Below are positions 13,800 through 27,989 of a DNA stretch of 64,000 nucleotides, one piece after another. The DNA is from Octopus sinensis (lineage: Eukaryota). A program made the position numbers and the translations under genes. How positions within the stretch are numbered: the first letter of the stretch is position 1; each line of letters starts with the position of its first letter. A model generated the notes under the pieces. It searched no databases. It was not told the origin of the DNA and saw nothing but the letters and a program-made list of their open reading frames with translations. The DNA is taken from positions 3,100,001 through 3,164,000 of the forward strand of contig NC_043007.1 in the NCBI RefSeq assembly GCF_006345805.1, written 5' to 3'.

Positions 13800-14300
13800 G
13801 CCGACTTTGCTTTTTCCAAATCGGGAACAGCAACCCGTTCTCTCATTCGTTCCTAAACTGCTGACGATTTCGTAATTTATCTCCCATCCAACAGATTTCA
13901 CCCGGTGACTCGTTATTCATTATATTCTATTTAATCTTCCATTGCTTTTCATTACTTTCTCCTTCAATTTCTCTTCCCATCGCTATTTTTCTTCTTTCCA
14001 TGCACCACAATCAGAAAACAACCATCTTTGGCGACGAATTGTCTCTTAAACATTAATTAGTAGTTTCTCAGTCTTCATGCAAAAACATTTCAGTAACCTT
14101 TTCACCAGTTTATAATCACTTATTACCGACTCAGCATACTTCATGTTTTCTCAAGATCGAACTGTTTACTGAGAAATATACAAATATCTTTCCATTTGCC
14201 ATATACATTTTCTATGCCTGAAAATAGTGCGTGTAAAGATCTTTATTAAATGCCTTTTGACGGAGCCCTAATATCCTTAAAAGGATTTTTTTTTCATTTT
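13800..14300 (-). mobile_element. Possible heavily decayed LINE remnant (region upstream of RT)
   Basis: Purine-rich minus strand with SPG and VPIWKK-like fragments; many stops. Confidence 0.3.
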
Positions 14301-14426
14301 TATACAAGAGTTTCTGCTGTTTCTAATTACATTACTTTGTTAATAAAGCTAAATAATTCTTTTTGATTTGGGTTCAAGGCCTACAATTTTGAAAGGAGAG
14401 AGCATATTACATTCATGATAGCAGTT

Positions 14427-14664
14427 TTTTACTATTTTATTCGTTTCAGTCATTTGACTGTGGCCATGCTGGAGCACCACCTTTAGTAGAGCAAACCGAC
14501 CCCAGGACTTATTTTATGTAAGCCTAATACTTATTATATCGGTCTCTTTTGCTGAACCGCTAAGTCACGGGGACGTAAACACAGCAGCATTGGTTGTCAA
14601 GCGGTGTTGGGGGAACAAACACTGACACAAAACATATACACACACACACACACATATTTATATA

Positions 14665-14702
<38 letters not shown>

Positions 14703-14855
14703 GACGGGTTTCTCTCAGTTTCCGCCTACCAATCCACTCACAAGGCTTTGGTCGGCCCGAGGCTATAGTAGAATACACTTGCCTAAGGTGCCACGCAAAG
14801 GAACTGATCCCGGAACTATGTGTTTGATAAGCAAACTACTTGCCACTCCTACGCC
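14427..14855 (-). mobile_element. tRNA-derived SINE, family B (CORE-like CCTTGGGCAAGTG domain, internal microsatellite)
   Basis: Shares head, CORE-like segment and CAGTCAAATGACTGAAAC tail with the 16.3 kb and 42.2 kb copies. Confidence 0.88.
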
Positions 14856-15344
14856 ATTTTAAGATTATAAGTAAAATTAACTTCTGTCGTATTTGAAATC
14901 AGAACATAAAGAACTTTCTATTGTTGGACAATTTGCCCGATGATTTAAGAATTCTACCAATCCACTACTCTAGTCTTGATGTTAAATAATGATACAACTC
15001 GGCATTTTGATGAGTTGACTTTCGATTCACGTGTACGTGTGTAGGTATCACAAAGACATACTTCCACTGGCTTACGAAGAAACCACAAGAATACGTAACA
15101 TGGGAACAGATCTTTTCCAAACATTATTTCTTCTGTTCATGACTTTGATTGGATTGAGATCAAGAGATGTATTGCGTTTGTGTTCCTATTTATTATCGTC
15201 TTCTTTTTCTGTATTCCTTTTTTTTCTTTATTTTTTTTTTTTTGATATCTCAAAGATCACGCTATGTAAAGCTATATCAGAAAATAGCCTGGCATTTTGC
15301 GGTTGGGTATATTTATTTTTCTCCTTTATCCTTTTGATTGTATT

Positions 15345-15770
15345 TATTTTACCTCTGCCCCTCCCTCTTACTCTCGTCCATTCTTTCTCTCTTTCTCTCG
15401 CTCTCTCTCTCTTTTCCTCTTTCTCACTCTCGTCCATTCTTTCTCTCTTTCTCTCGCTCTCTCTCTTTTCCTCTTTCTCACTCTCGTCCATTCTTTCTCT
15501 CTTTCTCTCGCTCTCTCTCTTTTCCTCTTTCTCACTCTCGTCCATTCTTTCTCTCTTTCTCTCGCTCTCTCTCTCTCTTTCCCTCTTTCTCACTCTCATC
15601 CATTCTTTCTCTCTTTCTCTCGCTCTCTCTCTTTCCCCCTTTCTCACTCTCGTCAATTCTTTCTCTCTTTCTCTCGCTCTTTCTCTTTTCCACTTTCTCA
15701 CTCTCGTCCATTCTTTCTCTCTTTCTCTCGCTCTCTCTCTCTTCCCCTTTCTCACTCTCTCTCTCCCTCT
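15345..15770. repeat. CT-rich minisatellite of about 55-60 bp units
   Basis: About 7 tandem copies of CTCTTTCTCACTCTCGTCCATTCTTTCTCTCTTTCTCTCGCTCTCTCT. Confidence 0.92.
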
Positions 15771-16290
15771 GTTTGGATTGATGATGAGAAATGGTATATA
15801 ATTTGATTCCAAGAAAATGTACAAGTTCTATAGTATTAAAGAGCCAAAGCCTATAATAAGAAAGAAAAGATAAATAGCCGTATCATTGCTTTGTTATTGA
15901 TCCAGGTTCGCGTAATTTACTATTTTCGCTTGATAACAATGAAAAAAGATGGAACATAGACATCAATATCATCAGCTAATATAAAAATGATTTCAAATTT
16001 GGCTAAAAGGGTAATAATTTTGGTCGAGTGCGTGCAGATGATTTAATCTATTCAAGTTATAACTGCTACATAAATTATAGACACCAAAGTTGAAAGGTAA
16101 ATATCAACTCAGAGGAAATGCAATTCAAAATTAAAAGAGTTATAACTAAATCCTTAAAGGAATTCTGACGGAGCTTGCAATTCTGCCATCTAATAGTCGC
16201 ATCATAACATTTACTTTTTTTACTATAAACTGGCAAAAATATTTTGAAATCGTACAATAAAAAGCGGTTATTGCAAATGTATTTTAAGAT

Positions 16291-16720
16291 CGTAGGAGTG
16301 GCTGTGTGGTAAGTAGCTTGCTTACCAACCACATGGTTCTGGGTTCAGTCCCACAGCGTGACACCTTGGGCAAGTGTCTTCTAATATAGCCTTGGGCTGA
16401 CTAAGGTCTTGTGAGTGGATTTGGTAGACGGAAACTGAAAGAAGCCCGGCGTATATATGTATATATATATGTGTGTGTGTGTGAGTGTGTGTGGGAATGT
16501 GTTTGTGTGTGTGTGTGTATGTTTGCGTGTCTGCGTTTGTCCCCCCAACATCGCTTGACAACCAATGCTGCTGTGTTTACGTCCCCGTCTCGACAAAAGA
16601 GACCGATAGAATAAGTACTAGGCGTACAGAGAATAAGTCCTGGGGTCGATTTGCTCGACTAAAGGCGGTGCTACAGCATGGCCACAGTCAAACGACTGAA
16701 ACAAGTAAAAGAGTAAAAAA
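16291..16720 (+). mobile_element. SINE family B, full length, with probable target-site duplication
   Basis: Head GTAGGAGTGGCTGTGTGGTAAG; TAAAAGAG tail; TATTT(T/G)AAGATCGTA at 16280-16294 and 16723-16737. Confidence 0.9.
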
Positions 16721-16957
16721 TATATTTGAAGATCGTATAATAGAAATGGTTATTCCAAAAAATGCAGGAGATAGCATAATGTTGTAATATCTGACGGAAT
16801 TTAGTTCAAGCGTTTAACCTTCTTGATTCCATTGGATGTTGTTTTCGTTAATACTTGGATACATGGGATAAATAGGCCCAAGGTCTCGTGTGGCTGTTTC
16901 CTAAATTAACTAACGCCTAATAAATATCTTGCTTTGAACTAATAAATAGCATAAGTG

Positions 16958-17540
16958 ATAATGGTTTCCAATTTTGCCAAAAGGGCAGCAACTTGGGGGA
17001 AGGGGTTAAGTCAATAATATCCACCCCAGTGTTCAAATGGTAATTATATTATCGACCCCGAAACGATGGAAGGCAAAGTAGACCTTGGCGGAATTTGAAC
17101 TCAGAAAGTAACGACGGCTGAAATACATATTTCTTTACTACCCACAAGAAGCTAAACACAGAGAGGACATACAAGGACAGACAGACGGAATAAGTCGATT
17201 ATATCGACCTCAGTGCGTAACTGGTACTTATTTAATCGACCCCGAATGGATGAAAGGCAAAGTCGACCACGACGGAATTTGAACTCAGAACGTAACAGCA
17301 GACGAAATACCTATTTCTTTACTATCCACAAGGGGCTAAACATAGAGAGGACAAACAAGGACAGACAGACGGATTAAGTCGATTATATCGACCCCAGTGC
17401 GTAACTGGTACTTAATTTATCGAGCCCGAAAGGATGAAAGGCAAAGTCAACCACGACGGAATTTGAACTCAGAACGTAACAGCAGACGAAATACTGCTAA
17501 GCATTTCGCCCGGCATGCTAACGTTTCTGCCAGCTCGCCA
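16958..17540 (-). mobile_element. SINE family A head-to-tail multimer (184-bp units)
   Basis: Junctions GAAATAC|(A/C)TATTTCTTTAC at 17126/17127 and 17310/17311; single head at about 17540. Confidence 0.9.
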
Positions 17541-20149
17541 TGTTAACGGAGTCAGTGATAATAAAATTTCTAAAGGATTCTAAATTTTACAAAAGATTGC
17601 GCTATTAGAAACAGGGGACACGTAACCGAATAACCGTATGAAATTTTGTTCGACGCACAATCTTCCATTGCTTGTATTATTAATGATACCGATTTCTTAT
17701 ATTAATACAAGATAAAGCATTTATCGGACGCGTATAGTGAACTTAATGAATCGATATTTTTGTAGGATAATGATTATTATTTTATCGAACCGTTATCGTA
17801 TTAGAGTCGATTAAAATAACTATATAATTATTCCTGAAGAAATATAAATGCAAAACAATGACAACAAATATATTACAGATATAGTGATAATAATGTTTCT
17901 TTCTTTCTCTCCCTCTTTCTCACACACAGACTTTCACGTACGCAAACAAAACATGCTATCCCGATCATAAACTCATATTTCTCATATACTCACATGCACA
18001 TACATACATATATATATATATATACAATCAAAATAAGCAACAGGATATCATGTACTAACAAAGTACGACCGTTTCAAGCGGCTCCATTTAATTGAACAAT
18101 GCAATCATTACATAAGTTTAAACTTAGGGCAATCTTCAGGTGCACAAATAGATAAATGAAATTTTAACATGTAGGACACATTAATATAAGTTTTCTTAAA
18201 TATTTTAACAGAACAAGAAGATGGAAGAAATTCATGTTGTCGCTGTTGTAGCTAAGAATAGACTACAACTTCTAAGAATCGTAAGGAGCATAGTTGGGCC
18301 ATAGGGTTGTAAGAGTTGTAATTCATTTCCAATTCATTTATCGCTCATCAACAACTAAATCTAAGACTAGAAGAGTGTGTCTTTGATTAATAAAGGGCAA
18401 GAGTGAGTTGACAGCTTAAGGCTAAGCATGGTCATAAATATTATCATGTTTCCCTTTTCCCCAGGGCGGAAATAAGACATTAAGAATAGTCAGTTGGATA
18501 TAAGTGACTATCTATAAAACGAGGCAGGATACCATGTTTTATTCTGCAGAAAGTTGCCAATCAAATGAAGTAGATTCTTTTTTCGGTTGATGAAATTATA
18601 ACTAAAACTAGGAAGGACTGTTTCAAAATATGATTCTTCTTTAAAAATTGTGCTTTGTGAAAGAAGCGATTCATAGGGACAGGGAAATACTGGTGATATA
18701 GAAAAAAATGGTTAATTAGGTATAAAATGATAGATTAATTTAAATGAACTGTAAATGAACACATATAAATGAAACAGGAGTAACATAGATAAAGAAACGG
18801 GTAGTAATGTATATCTTGCTAAATAAAATGAAAGAACAGAAAACATTTATATTTCTATAGAATGGCTCTTCAATAATTTCTATCATTTCTTTCGATGCAA
18901 TGTTTGTTGGCATCTGTTTTCAACAAGTTACGTATCGATATTGATTACTGGGATTGGTTTTGCTGGCGTTACTTTTGTCCTTGCTATTTTCAGGCAGTGA
19001 AATTTTAAATATCGTTCATCACTATAGATACATTTTATTAACTGTCGGAAACATTTGGGCTGTGACCGTTTTGCAGGAAATCTATTTGGGTTAGGCCTGT
19101 ATGTATCTAACAGCAAGATCGTCTCACAGTCAAAGCATAACTAAATCTATTCTTCACATCTGTTAATAGTTATATCAAATACATCCTACAAAGTTTTAGG
19201 AAAATCTCACTGCAGAGGTCATAGCTGGTAGTAACATAGCTACTGCCTTCACAAAATTACTTGCCTTCATAGAGAATGAATGCCTCAAAGTTTTGTAAAG
19301 CTCGGGCCTTGGAAGTCCAATTTATTAATAAAAAAAGTGCCTTCTTCACGTAGTTTATCCGTTACCGGAAACATTCAATAAAACTACAGTGATACAGGGG
19401 AACATTATTCACGACCAGGCTGCAGCAGCTGTGTAGCGGAAAAATCTGACATATCCGACACAAACAAATAAGGTAAGATATGAATTTAATGTTTCCGTGT
19501 GTGTTTTTGGATTACTAAAATTTCTCTTTCATGTTGTAACAATTTCAGGTTCTGTACAAAACCAGTAGATTACTCTATCTTCAAAATCTTGTTGCGAAGA
19601 TGTCTAGAAGATTTTCTTATTGGAGATGTCGCCATATTTACTTTTTCGTACATTTCTTTTGAATCCCTAGAGATATATGATCGTAATTCGATTTATATTT
19701 CGACTATGATATTCAACTCCCAAGAATATCCGCGCACTTAGAGCTCTTGCAGATATACGTTTTCGCTTCCATTTTTTGCCATCACTACTTTTCTTATTGC
19801 CTCAAGACATCATCATCATCATCATCATCAATGTCATTCTTAGTATCTTATTTGTCTATTTTATTATAATGCTTTTTTATTCGTATTTTGTTCATTATCA
19901 TTCCTGTAATTGTTGTCGCTAATGTTGTTATTAATGGTTGTTATTATTGTTATTCCCGTTATTGTTATTCTCGTTGCTGTTGTTGTTTGTATTGTTTTTG
20001 TTGTTGTTATACTTGTGTAGTCAGAGGTGAAGCTAGATTGTGCACTCCTTTGATTAAGCGATTACCAGCCATGGTCGTCTCGATATCTTTGTATATTTGT
20101 GTTTGCATTACGCAGTGTGACTGACGTTTTCTAATAGTGTAAGATTTGA

Positions 20150-20722
20150 AGAAATATTACCACTATAGAGTCTCACAGTGTATATATTCATCTTCATTGG
20201 CTTCAAGTGGAAGCTGTTCCCGATATTCAAGCATTTGTTTGTAACACGAGAAGAATTCCTATTTTTCTGGTTTTTCTATCTAGGTTTCCCAATTCACTGA
20301 TCTTCCAGTTTATTATGTTAAAGCTGTAATTCATGACTGGTATGCTTAGCATGTTTATCCCAATTATCTTATTTTTAACATTAAGTTCAGCATTTAATAT
20401 TAGTCTAACTCTTCTGTAATACTCTCTCCTAATTTTCGCTTTCATTTCTGCGTGTTGTATTTTAGCTGTTTCGTCTCTTCCTGGATATTTGTATGGATGT
20501 TTGTGGTCTAATTCTCTAATCACTGTCTTTATATCGAGTGCAGTGTTTTCAGTGCTGAATAATTTGCCTCTTATTAGTGTGACCACGGCACATTTGTCCA
20601 GACCCATGATCATTCCGATGTCATTGCTGAAATTCTGAACAATTTTGATAAGCTTTCTCTGTTCTATAATACTTTTAACGTAAAGTCATCCATGGACAGG
20701 AGTTTGCTTGTTTTTTGTCCGT
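20150..20722 (-). mobile_element. R4/Dong-type (restriction-like endonuclease class) LINE reverse-transcriptase fragment
   Basis: LSMDDF (catalytic YMDD-like motif), IVQNFSNDIGMIMGLDKCA, YKYPG, IRREYYRRVRLILNAELNVKNKIIGIN...LDRKTRK. Confidence 0.9.
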
Positions 20723-20723
20723 A

Positions 20724-20726
<3 letters not shown>

Positions 20727-20790
<64 letters not shown>
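20727..20790. repeat. (TAT)n microsatellite abutting the 5' end of the R4/Dong fragment
   Basis: Directly visible. Confidence 0.97.
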
Positions 20791-20791
<1 letters not shown>

Positions 20792-21034
20792 GTGGTTTTG
20801 CCAGTGGTATGCTAGGCTACTGGTTTTAAATTGATATTAATTAAATTAATATTCAATTTATCTCCCTCATTATTTAAATTATATATATATATACGCACAT
20901 AAGCGTATGCTTTTATAATACAACAGTATTACAACAGCCTCAGAGTATCTTAAATTAAAAGAGGTACGCAAACATGCGCGCACGCAAACGCACACGCACG
21001 TATGAATATGTCTGTGTGTCCGATAAGCGCATAC

Positions 21035-21195
21035 ATAAATGTGGTAAGAAATTTGCTTCGGAACTATAAGGCTTTGTGTTCAGTCCCACTGCGTGACACC
21101 TTCGGCAAGCCTCTTGTGTAATTGTCTCGCGCCGCGCAAAAGTTTGAGAGTGGATTTGGTAGGGGGAAACTCAGAGAAGGCCGTCCTGTGTATGA
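21035..21195 (+). mobile_element. SINE family B, 5' part
   Basis: TTCAGTCCCACTGCGTGACACCTTCGGCAAG...GAGTGGATTTGGTAG. Confidence 0.8.
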
Positions 21196-21204
21196 GTGCA
21201 TGTG

Positions 21205-21328
21205 TGTGTGTGAGTGAGTGAATGAGTAAATGAGTGAGTGAGCGAGTGAGTGAGTGAGTGAGTGAGTGAGTGAGTGAGTGAGTGAGTGGGTGAGTGAGTG
21301 AGTGGTGTGTGTGTGTGTGTGTGTGTGA
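21205..21328. repeat. (GAGT)n/(GT)n microsatellite
   Basis: Directly visible. Confidence 0.95.
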
Positions 21329-22479
21329 GTAAAGAACTACATATATCTATGAATAGGTGTGTGTGATGATGATGGTTCTGTTAATGATCAAGTTGATGAT
21401 TCATGTGATGATAATGATGCTGATGGTGGAAACTCTGATAGTGATTTTGATGCAAAAGAAAAATGGTGATCTTATATTTCTAATAATTTTTCAGTGAATT
21501 AAATGTGAATTTTGCTTACGAAAATAAAATAAGTTTTAGCTAGTGACACATAAATTATTTTATCATATTTGAAACATGAAACTATCGCTTGTAGACGTTA
21601 CAAAACTAAAAGTTATCAGATTTATATTAAACGATGATAACAACTCTCACCATTTCAGCATTACAATTTATCATTTGAGGGAAGATAAATAGTTAGTGAT
21701 TGTTGAACAACTTATCTTGTTTATTACTGGTACACGCAATTTCTAAAGTTGAAGAGGTATTTATAACGCATGCGTAAAGACAAAGGACTCTTCTCTATTT
21801 CTGGAGTTCGTTTTCACGGTTTGTTTCTTGGTTTTTGTATTCCTTGTGACTGTATTTTATGAACTATCAGCTGTTTCGTTATCTGTGTAATGCAGACACT
21901 ACTCAAACACACCTCCATACGCACACGCACACACATGCACGCATACATACACTTGTCCCTCCATTGCCGCTTGACAACATGTCTCGGTGTCTTTACGTTC
22001 GTGCGCATATACAACCGCTCTCTGACTGGCCATAAGCCAACAGTCTTTTAAATGTAATATAATGAATGCGAAAACTAATTTCTGTGTGTCAGTGTGTCAC
22101 ACTTAGTCCCACTCTCTCACTATTCAATAACACTCTTGCTATTCCTCATGATGGGGTGAGAGTAATAGTAGGCATTGAGACGGTGAGGGCGGTGGCGAAA
22201 ACAGACAGATAGAGATAGAATGAAAAAGAGAGGGAGAGAAAGAGAGACAAAGAAATTTAGGGAAAGTTGATGATCTTTTATTAAAAGTAGCAGTGATGCT
22301 GGTGGCAGTGGGAGTAACAATAAAAGAGAAAGAAAGAGTAGGCATTTAAGCGAAAGAGGGAGATAATGTACAACGTGGTTTAACCATGTCTCTTTGGCAG
22401 AAATTAATGTCGCTAATATAGTGAACATTATCAATTTTGTCGTATTTTTCATTTCTTTAACACACGCACATATATATAT

Positions 22480-22527
<48 letters not shown>

Positions 22528-23065
22528 TATATATACATATATATAGACATACATACACACATATGTATATAAAAACACTTTAATTGAAATTAAATTTCCC
22601 CCAAATTAAATATATCTAATATGATAAATGTCAGTGTGTTACACATTTTCAACATTAATAATTCCTTTCTACTGGAAGCTCAAGGCCTCAGATTTGGGGG
22701 AAGAATTTACATTGATTACATCGAGCCCAGTACATAACTGGTACAAATTTCTTTTATGTGGAACATGCAAAAACATCCACAACTCAAATACTTGGAAAGT
22801 GGTTCCCACGTAACATTCAAGAGCGGGTCCCTTTTCGAAATAAATGCAGATATGAACTGCAAAAGGCAAAACCTCATATACTGAATTACCTGGCCAAAGT
22901 GCAAAGAAAATTACATTTATCTCATTCAAATTCAATATTAGCGTCACACTTGAAACTCGGAGTACCAACGAATTTGAATCAAACTGTTTTGATCCATACA
23001 TGTAACTCGCATATATGTAGCTTCTTTCTTTTTTCCACTCATATATATATATATATATATATATA

Positions 23066-23099
<34 letters not shown>

Positions 23100-23158
23100 G
23101 CACAAACATATGTATATACACACACATGCATATATATATACACACACATACATATATT

Positions 23159-23189
<31 letters not shown>

Positions 23190-23818
23190 GTATATATGTA
23201 TGTGTCTTCTGTTTTTAATCATTTAAATCCTTCTAAAAAAGATACAAAGCTCCATCATTGTTGGAATGTCGAAAACAAAAACAATGTCACATTTTAAACT
23301 TGAGAAAAGTCGTTCTCCTATTTATAATGGGGAAAATAAACCAGTTACTGATTTAGGTTGGAGGAGTCGGCATAAATGTATAAGATATATCTTAAATTTA
23401 TTTTTAATGGCCCTCTACGCCTGTACGTCTGATGTTGAGGATACCATCTTTGTATGTATGTATGCATGCATTTATGTATGTATGTATGTACGTATGTATG
23501 TATGTATGTATGTGTATGTATGCATGTATGAATGTATTTATGTATGTCTCAAGATAAGAAAAGTACATTTAACATTTAAAAGTTTCAAGGCGGATGATTT
23601 AGAAGAGATGAATATATATATTTTCATGTTTAATTCAGCAAATGTGCGAATAAAACTATTGAGGGAAACCATTCATGAAATATGAGAAGATGGTATGAAA
23701 CAGAGAACCTTAAAGAGCTAAAAGAACTAAAAGAAAATGCGATAATAAAATATGGTTAATAGAAAGATCTGTAAAAGTACCTAATAAAAGGAATTGAGAC
23801 GGTAATAAAATGATTAAC

Positions 23819-23873
<55 letters not shown>

Positions 23874-24066
23874 TTTATATATATAAATGCATATATAATT
23901 GTATATATTCATAAGTATATATATATATATATATATATACATATATGTGTGTGTGTGTGTGGTGTATAAAATATGAATTAGAGATAAAACCACTATGATG
24001 CTACTCAAACAGTGATAGACATAACCAATACATAAATAACAAATAATATATTAATTATATATAATA

Positions 24067-24128
<62 letters not shown>

Positions 24129-25029
24129 CCCAAAAGTAAAATGAATGATAATATAATATAATAAGTATATATATATGAATATGAATATGAGTGTTCATGC
24201 ATACATGTATGTATTTAAAAATATATGTACATATATAAATTCATGTATTAGCGCGCACACACACATACACGTTGATGTGTGTGTGTATGCGTGTGTATGT
24301 TTGCTTGTGTGTGTGTGTGTGTGTGTGTGTGACACTATTTCATCTTTTTAAAACTAAACTAGAGCAAATGTATAAAAAATAATAATGGTTGGCATTTTGT
24401 GCTTTTATCTTGGCATTTCAATATTTCTAAAAGTACAAATCATCGACCACCACAGTGTCTCAGAACTCACATTGTGTGTACATATATACATGCATCCATA
24501 TAAATGTGTGAGTACGCGCGCTTGCGTGTGTGTGCGTGTATATATATATGTATATACACACACAAAGACACACACATATATATATGCATACAGGAATATA
24601 CATATGTAGACCGAGAGAGAGGGAGAGTGAGAGATAATGGTGTAGATAAACAAAGCAGTAAAACTGGTTGCATTAAATGTATAAAATATATTTACATATG
24701 CACAAATAAATGGAGAGAGAGCGAAGACTGAAAATTTTCAGACGATGGATATTAATGTATGAATAAACAAATATTTATATATTATTAAAAGAGCTATCTT
24801 ACACAATGAATTATATCTGTCAACATTATGAAATAATACCAAGCCCTCAGAATGTACTTTCTTGCGACAAGGTAAACTTTCATTTAATCAAGATATCCTT
24901 GGCCTGAAGATTAGCCTGCGCTATATACCTCGTTGGGTTATCTACCACCTCTGAGGTTTAGCTCGCAATGAAACCCGGATCTTATCTATTTCATTTCTCA
25001 ACACATTTGTGTGTGTGTGTATATATATA

Positions 25030-25319
25030 TATATATTTATAAAAAAGAAGTTTGAAAACGCCACTATATAAGATAAATTTTAATTTTCTTAGAAATTTTA
25101 CATGTTTCGGTTCTTGTTGAAAAAATGAACCTCATCAAAAATATTTTAAAAAGTAAAGTGTAATAAAAAAGTTCATAATTGTTTCTTACTGGTCTCAACA
25201 GAATCCATTTCTGATGAGGTTCGTTTTATCAAGAAGAACCGAAACATGTAAAATTTCTAAGAAAATTAAAATTTATCTTATATAGTGGCGTTTTCAAACT
25301 TCTTTTTTATAAATATATA
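25030..25319. mobile_element. Foldback duplication of a hammerhead-bearing repeat
   Basis: 25030-25142 is the near reverse complement of 25207-25319, with a 64-nt spacer; TA repeat on the left flank. Confidence 0.85.
25200..25258 (+). ncRNA. Minimal type I hammerhead ribozyme with canonical core
   Basis: Stem I AGAA[TCC bulge]ATTT/AAATTTCT; CTGATGA 25211-25217; stem II GGTTC/GAACC; GAAA 25241-25244; palindromic stem III ACATGT; cleavage triplet GUA (A25250). Confidence 0.8.
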
Positions 25320-25439
25320 CCCACTCGTATACGATCTACTCTTATTATAAATATATATATATATAAATAGATAGATATAGGTATAGATATATATACACAC
25401 ACAGATACACATATATATACATGTGTGTGTGTGTGTGTG

Positions 25440-25592
25440 TGTATACGACGATCTTCTTTCTGTTTCAAATCGACTCTCAAATATTTGGTCGGACTGAGGC
25501 TATAGTACAAGACACTTGCCCAAGGTGCCGCGCGGTGGAACTGAAACCGCAATCATATGTTAGCAAGCAGATTATCACGCAGCCATACCAGC
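25440..25592 (-). mobile_element. SINE family B, 5' part
   Basis: GACACTTGCCCAAGGTGCCGCGCGGTGGAACTGAA matches family B. Confidence 0.8.
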
Positions 25593-25654
25593 GCCTAATA
25601 TGCATATGTATGCGTGTGTGCGTGTGCATGTGTGTACATGCATACACAGCATAC

Positions 25655-25744
<90 letters not shown>

Positions 25745-25772
25745 GGGATTGTATGATTGTGTATAGAGGGAT

Positions 25773-25883
25773 TCGATAAATTAAGTACCAGTTAAGCACT
25801 GGTGTCGATGTAATCGACTTATACTTATGTCTGTCCTGTTTGTCCCCTCTATGTTTAGCCCCGTGTGGGTAATAAAGAAATAG
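25773..25883 (+). mobile_element. SINE family A, 3' part
   Basis: GATAAATTAAGTACCAG...TTTAGCCCCGTGTGGGTAATAAAGAAATAG. Confidence 0.85.
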
Positions 25884-25982
25884 ATATAAATTCAAATAAA
25901 TTCCAAATCTGTCTGTTTTTTTTATTTTTTATTTATATTCTTTATAATATTAGTGTAGAATATAGAATATATAGTATAATAT

Positions 25983-26029
<47 letters not shown>

Positions 26030-26036
26030 ATATATA

Positions 26037-26101
<65 letters not shown>

Positions 26102-27244
26102 TATAGTAAATTGAAATGAAGTATTGATTGTCTTATTGAATAGATGAAATGTTGAATATAAAATATAAGGGACTAGTATACTTTCATGCCTTATAGCAGT
26201 CTTGAAGGTCCCAGGTTGTGACAGGAGTGTTTCAACTATATATATAAATTAAGATAAGGATTCTGATAGAATCAGGTGCTTGGGAAGATATGCGCCAGGT
26301 AGGGTTGGATAAACGTGTGGTTCCGGCTTATGTTTTGCGAGTATGGAATAGGATATTCCACAGAAAAAAACAACCCTATGAGTATTTAGCGGCTAGGGGC
26401 TATTCGAAAGCACGCATTACGTTCAATTGTTCGTTTTTGACATACGCTAAGGTGTCCAACAAGTTGTAAATTTCCTGGGTTTATTATAATCAAATTAATA
26501 ATACCATACGATGGATAATTGTCAGTTCATTACACCTGTTTCTTACGTAACTTTTTAATAGCCGAATAAGGATATTACTCCATCACAAAAAACCCGTAAT
26601 TATCGGATGAGAAGTAATTTTACAAACAAAAGAATATCGCAAGAATACACCAGGGATGTGGTTGAATTCTGTCAAGGCTTACCCTGAAACGGGAGAATGA
26701 CAAATAAATGTTGTATTACTTTTGAATACTGTCCTGTCATATGGGCCGCATATCTTTTGTAGACAGACTGTGGACAGTTTATCGGTTTCGTTCTCTCTTT
26801 TCTTCCTATTTGGAGTGGAGAGTATGCGTTTGGGGTAGTTGTTGCTTGAAATAGAAATAGAAAAATTGCATTGACTATGTATTAAGTAGATTATTATTAA
26901 TGAAAACAATTAGAGGCGGGAGAGAGAGAAAGTGAGAGACTGTGTTGCAAATGAAAACGAAAAACTACAGCAGAACATATTCATCTTGTTTATCAAAAGT
27001 TAAAAGCTTCACTGCAACGAATATTTAAATTTGTGATAGGAAATAATATCAGGCGCTTCGAAACTACCATTTTATAGATACATATTCACAAAGGAATATA
27101 TAAATATTTTCAAGAGAGTCAACCTATAATATGGCTATTATGGAAGATGTGACTAACTAACGGACATCACAGAAATGTATATGTAGATATGTAGCTGAGT
27201 CAATCTGTTATAAATATTTATCATAAATAATTGGCAGAATTTAC

Positions 27245-27759
<515 letters not shown>

Positions 27760-27989
27760 CCAGCCACACACACAAAAGTCTGGTGCTGTGAGAACACATA
27801 AGAATGGCGTGTTTTTACTTTTACAAATATACCCAAATTTAAAACTTTCTAATATAACATCATTCATCCAGCATGTATTCAAATATGCCAAAACAATTTA
27901 ATTCCTCATAAATATATGTTACTTTACATATAATTCATGTGTTAATTCTATTTACTGAAACCCCCTAAAAAGCATATTTTGCTTTAAAG

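Noticed and set aside
15031-15824. Overlapping 147-256 aa ORFs rich in SL or RE
   Set aside because: Produced by the CT-rich minisatellite; open in several frames on both strands.
18200-19480. Possible CR1/L2 LINE remnant
   Set aside because: Only a YRPN fragment resembled an endonuclease motif; not enough to call.
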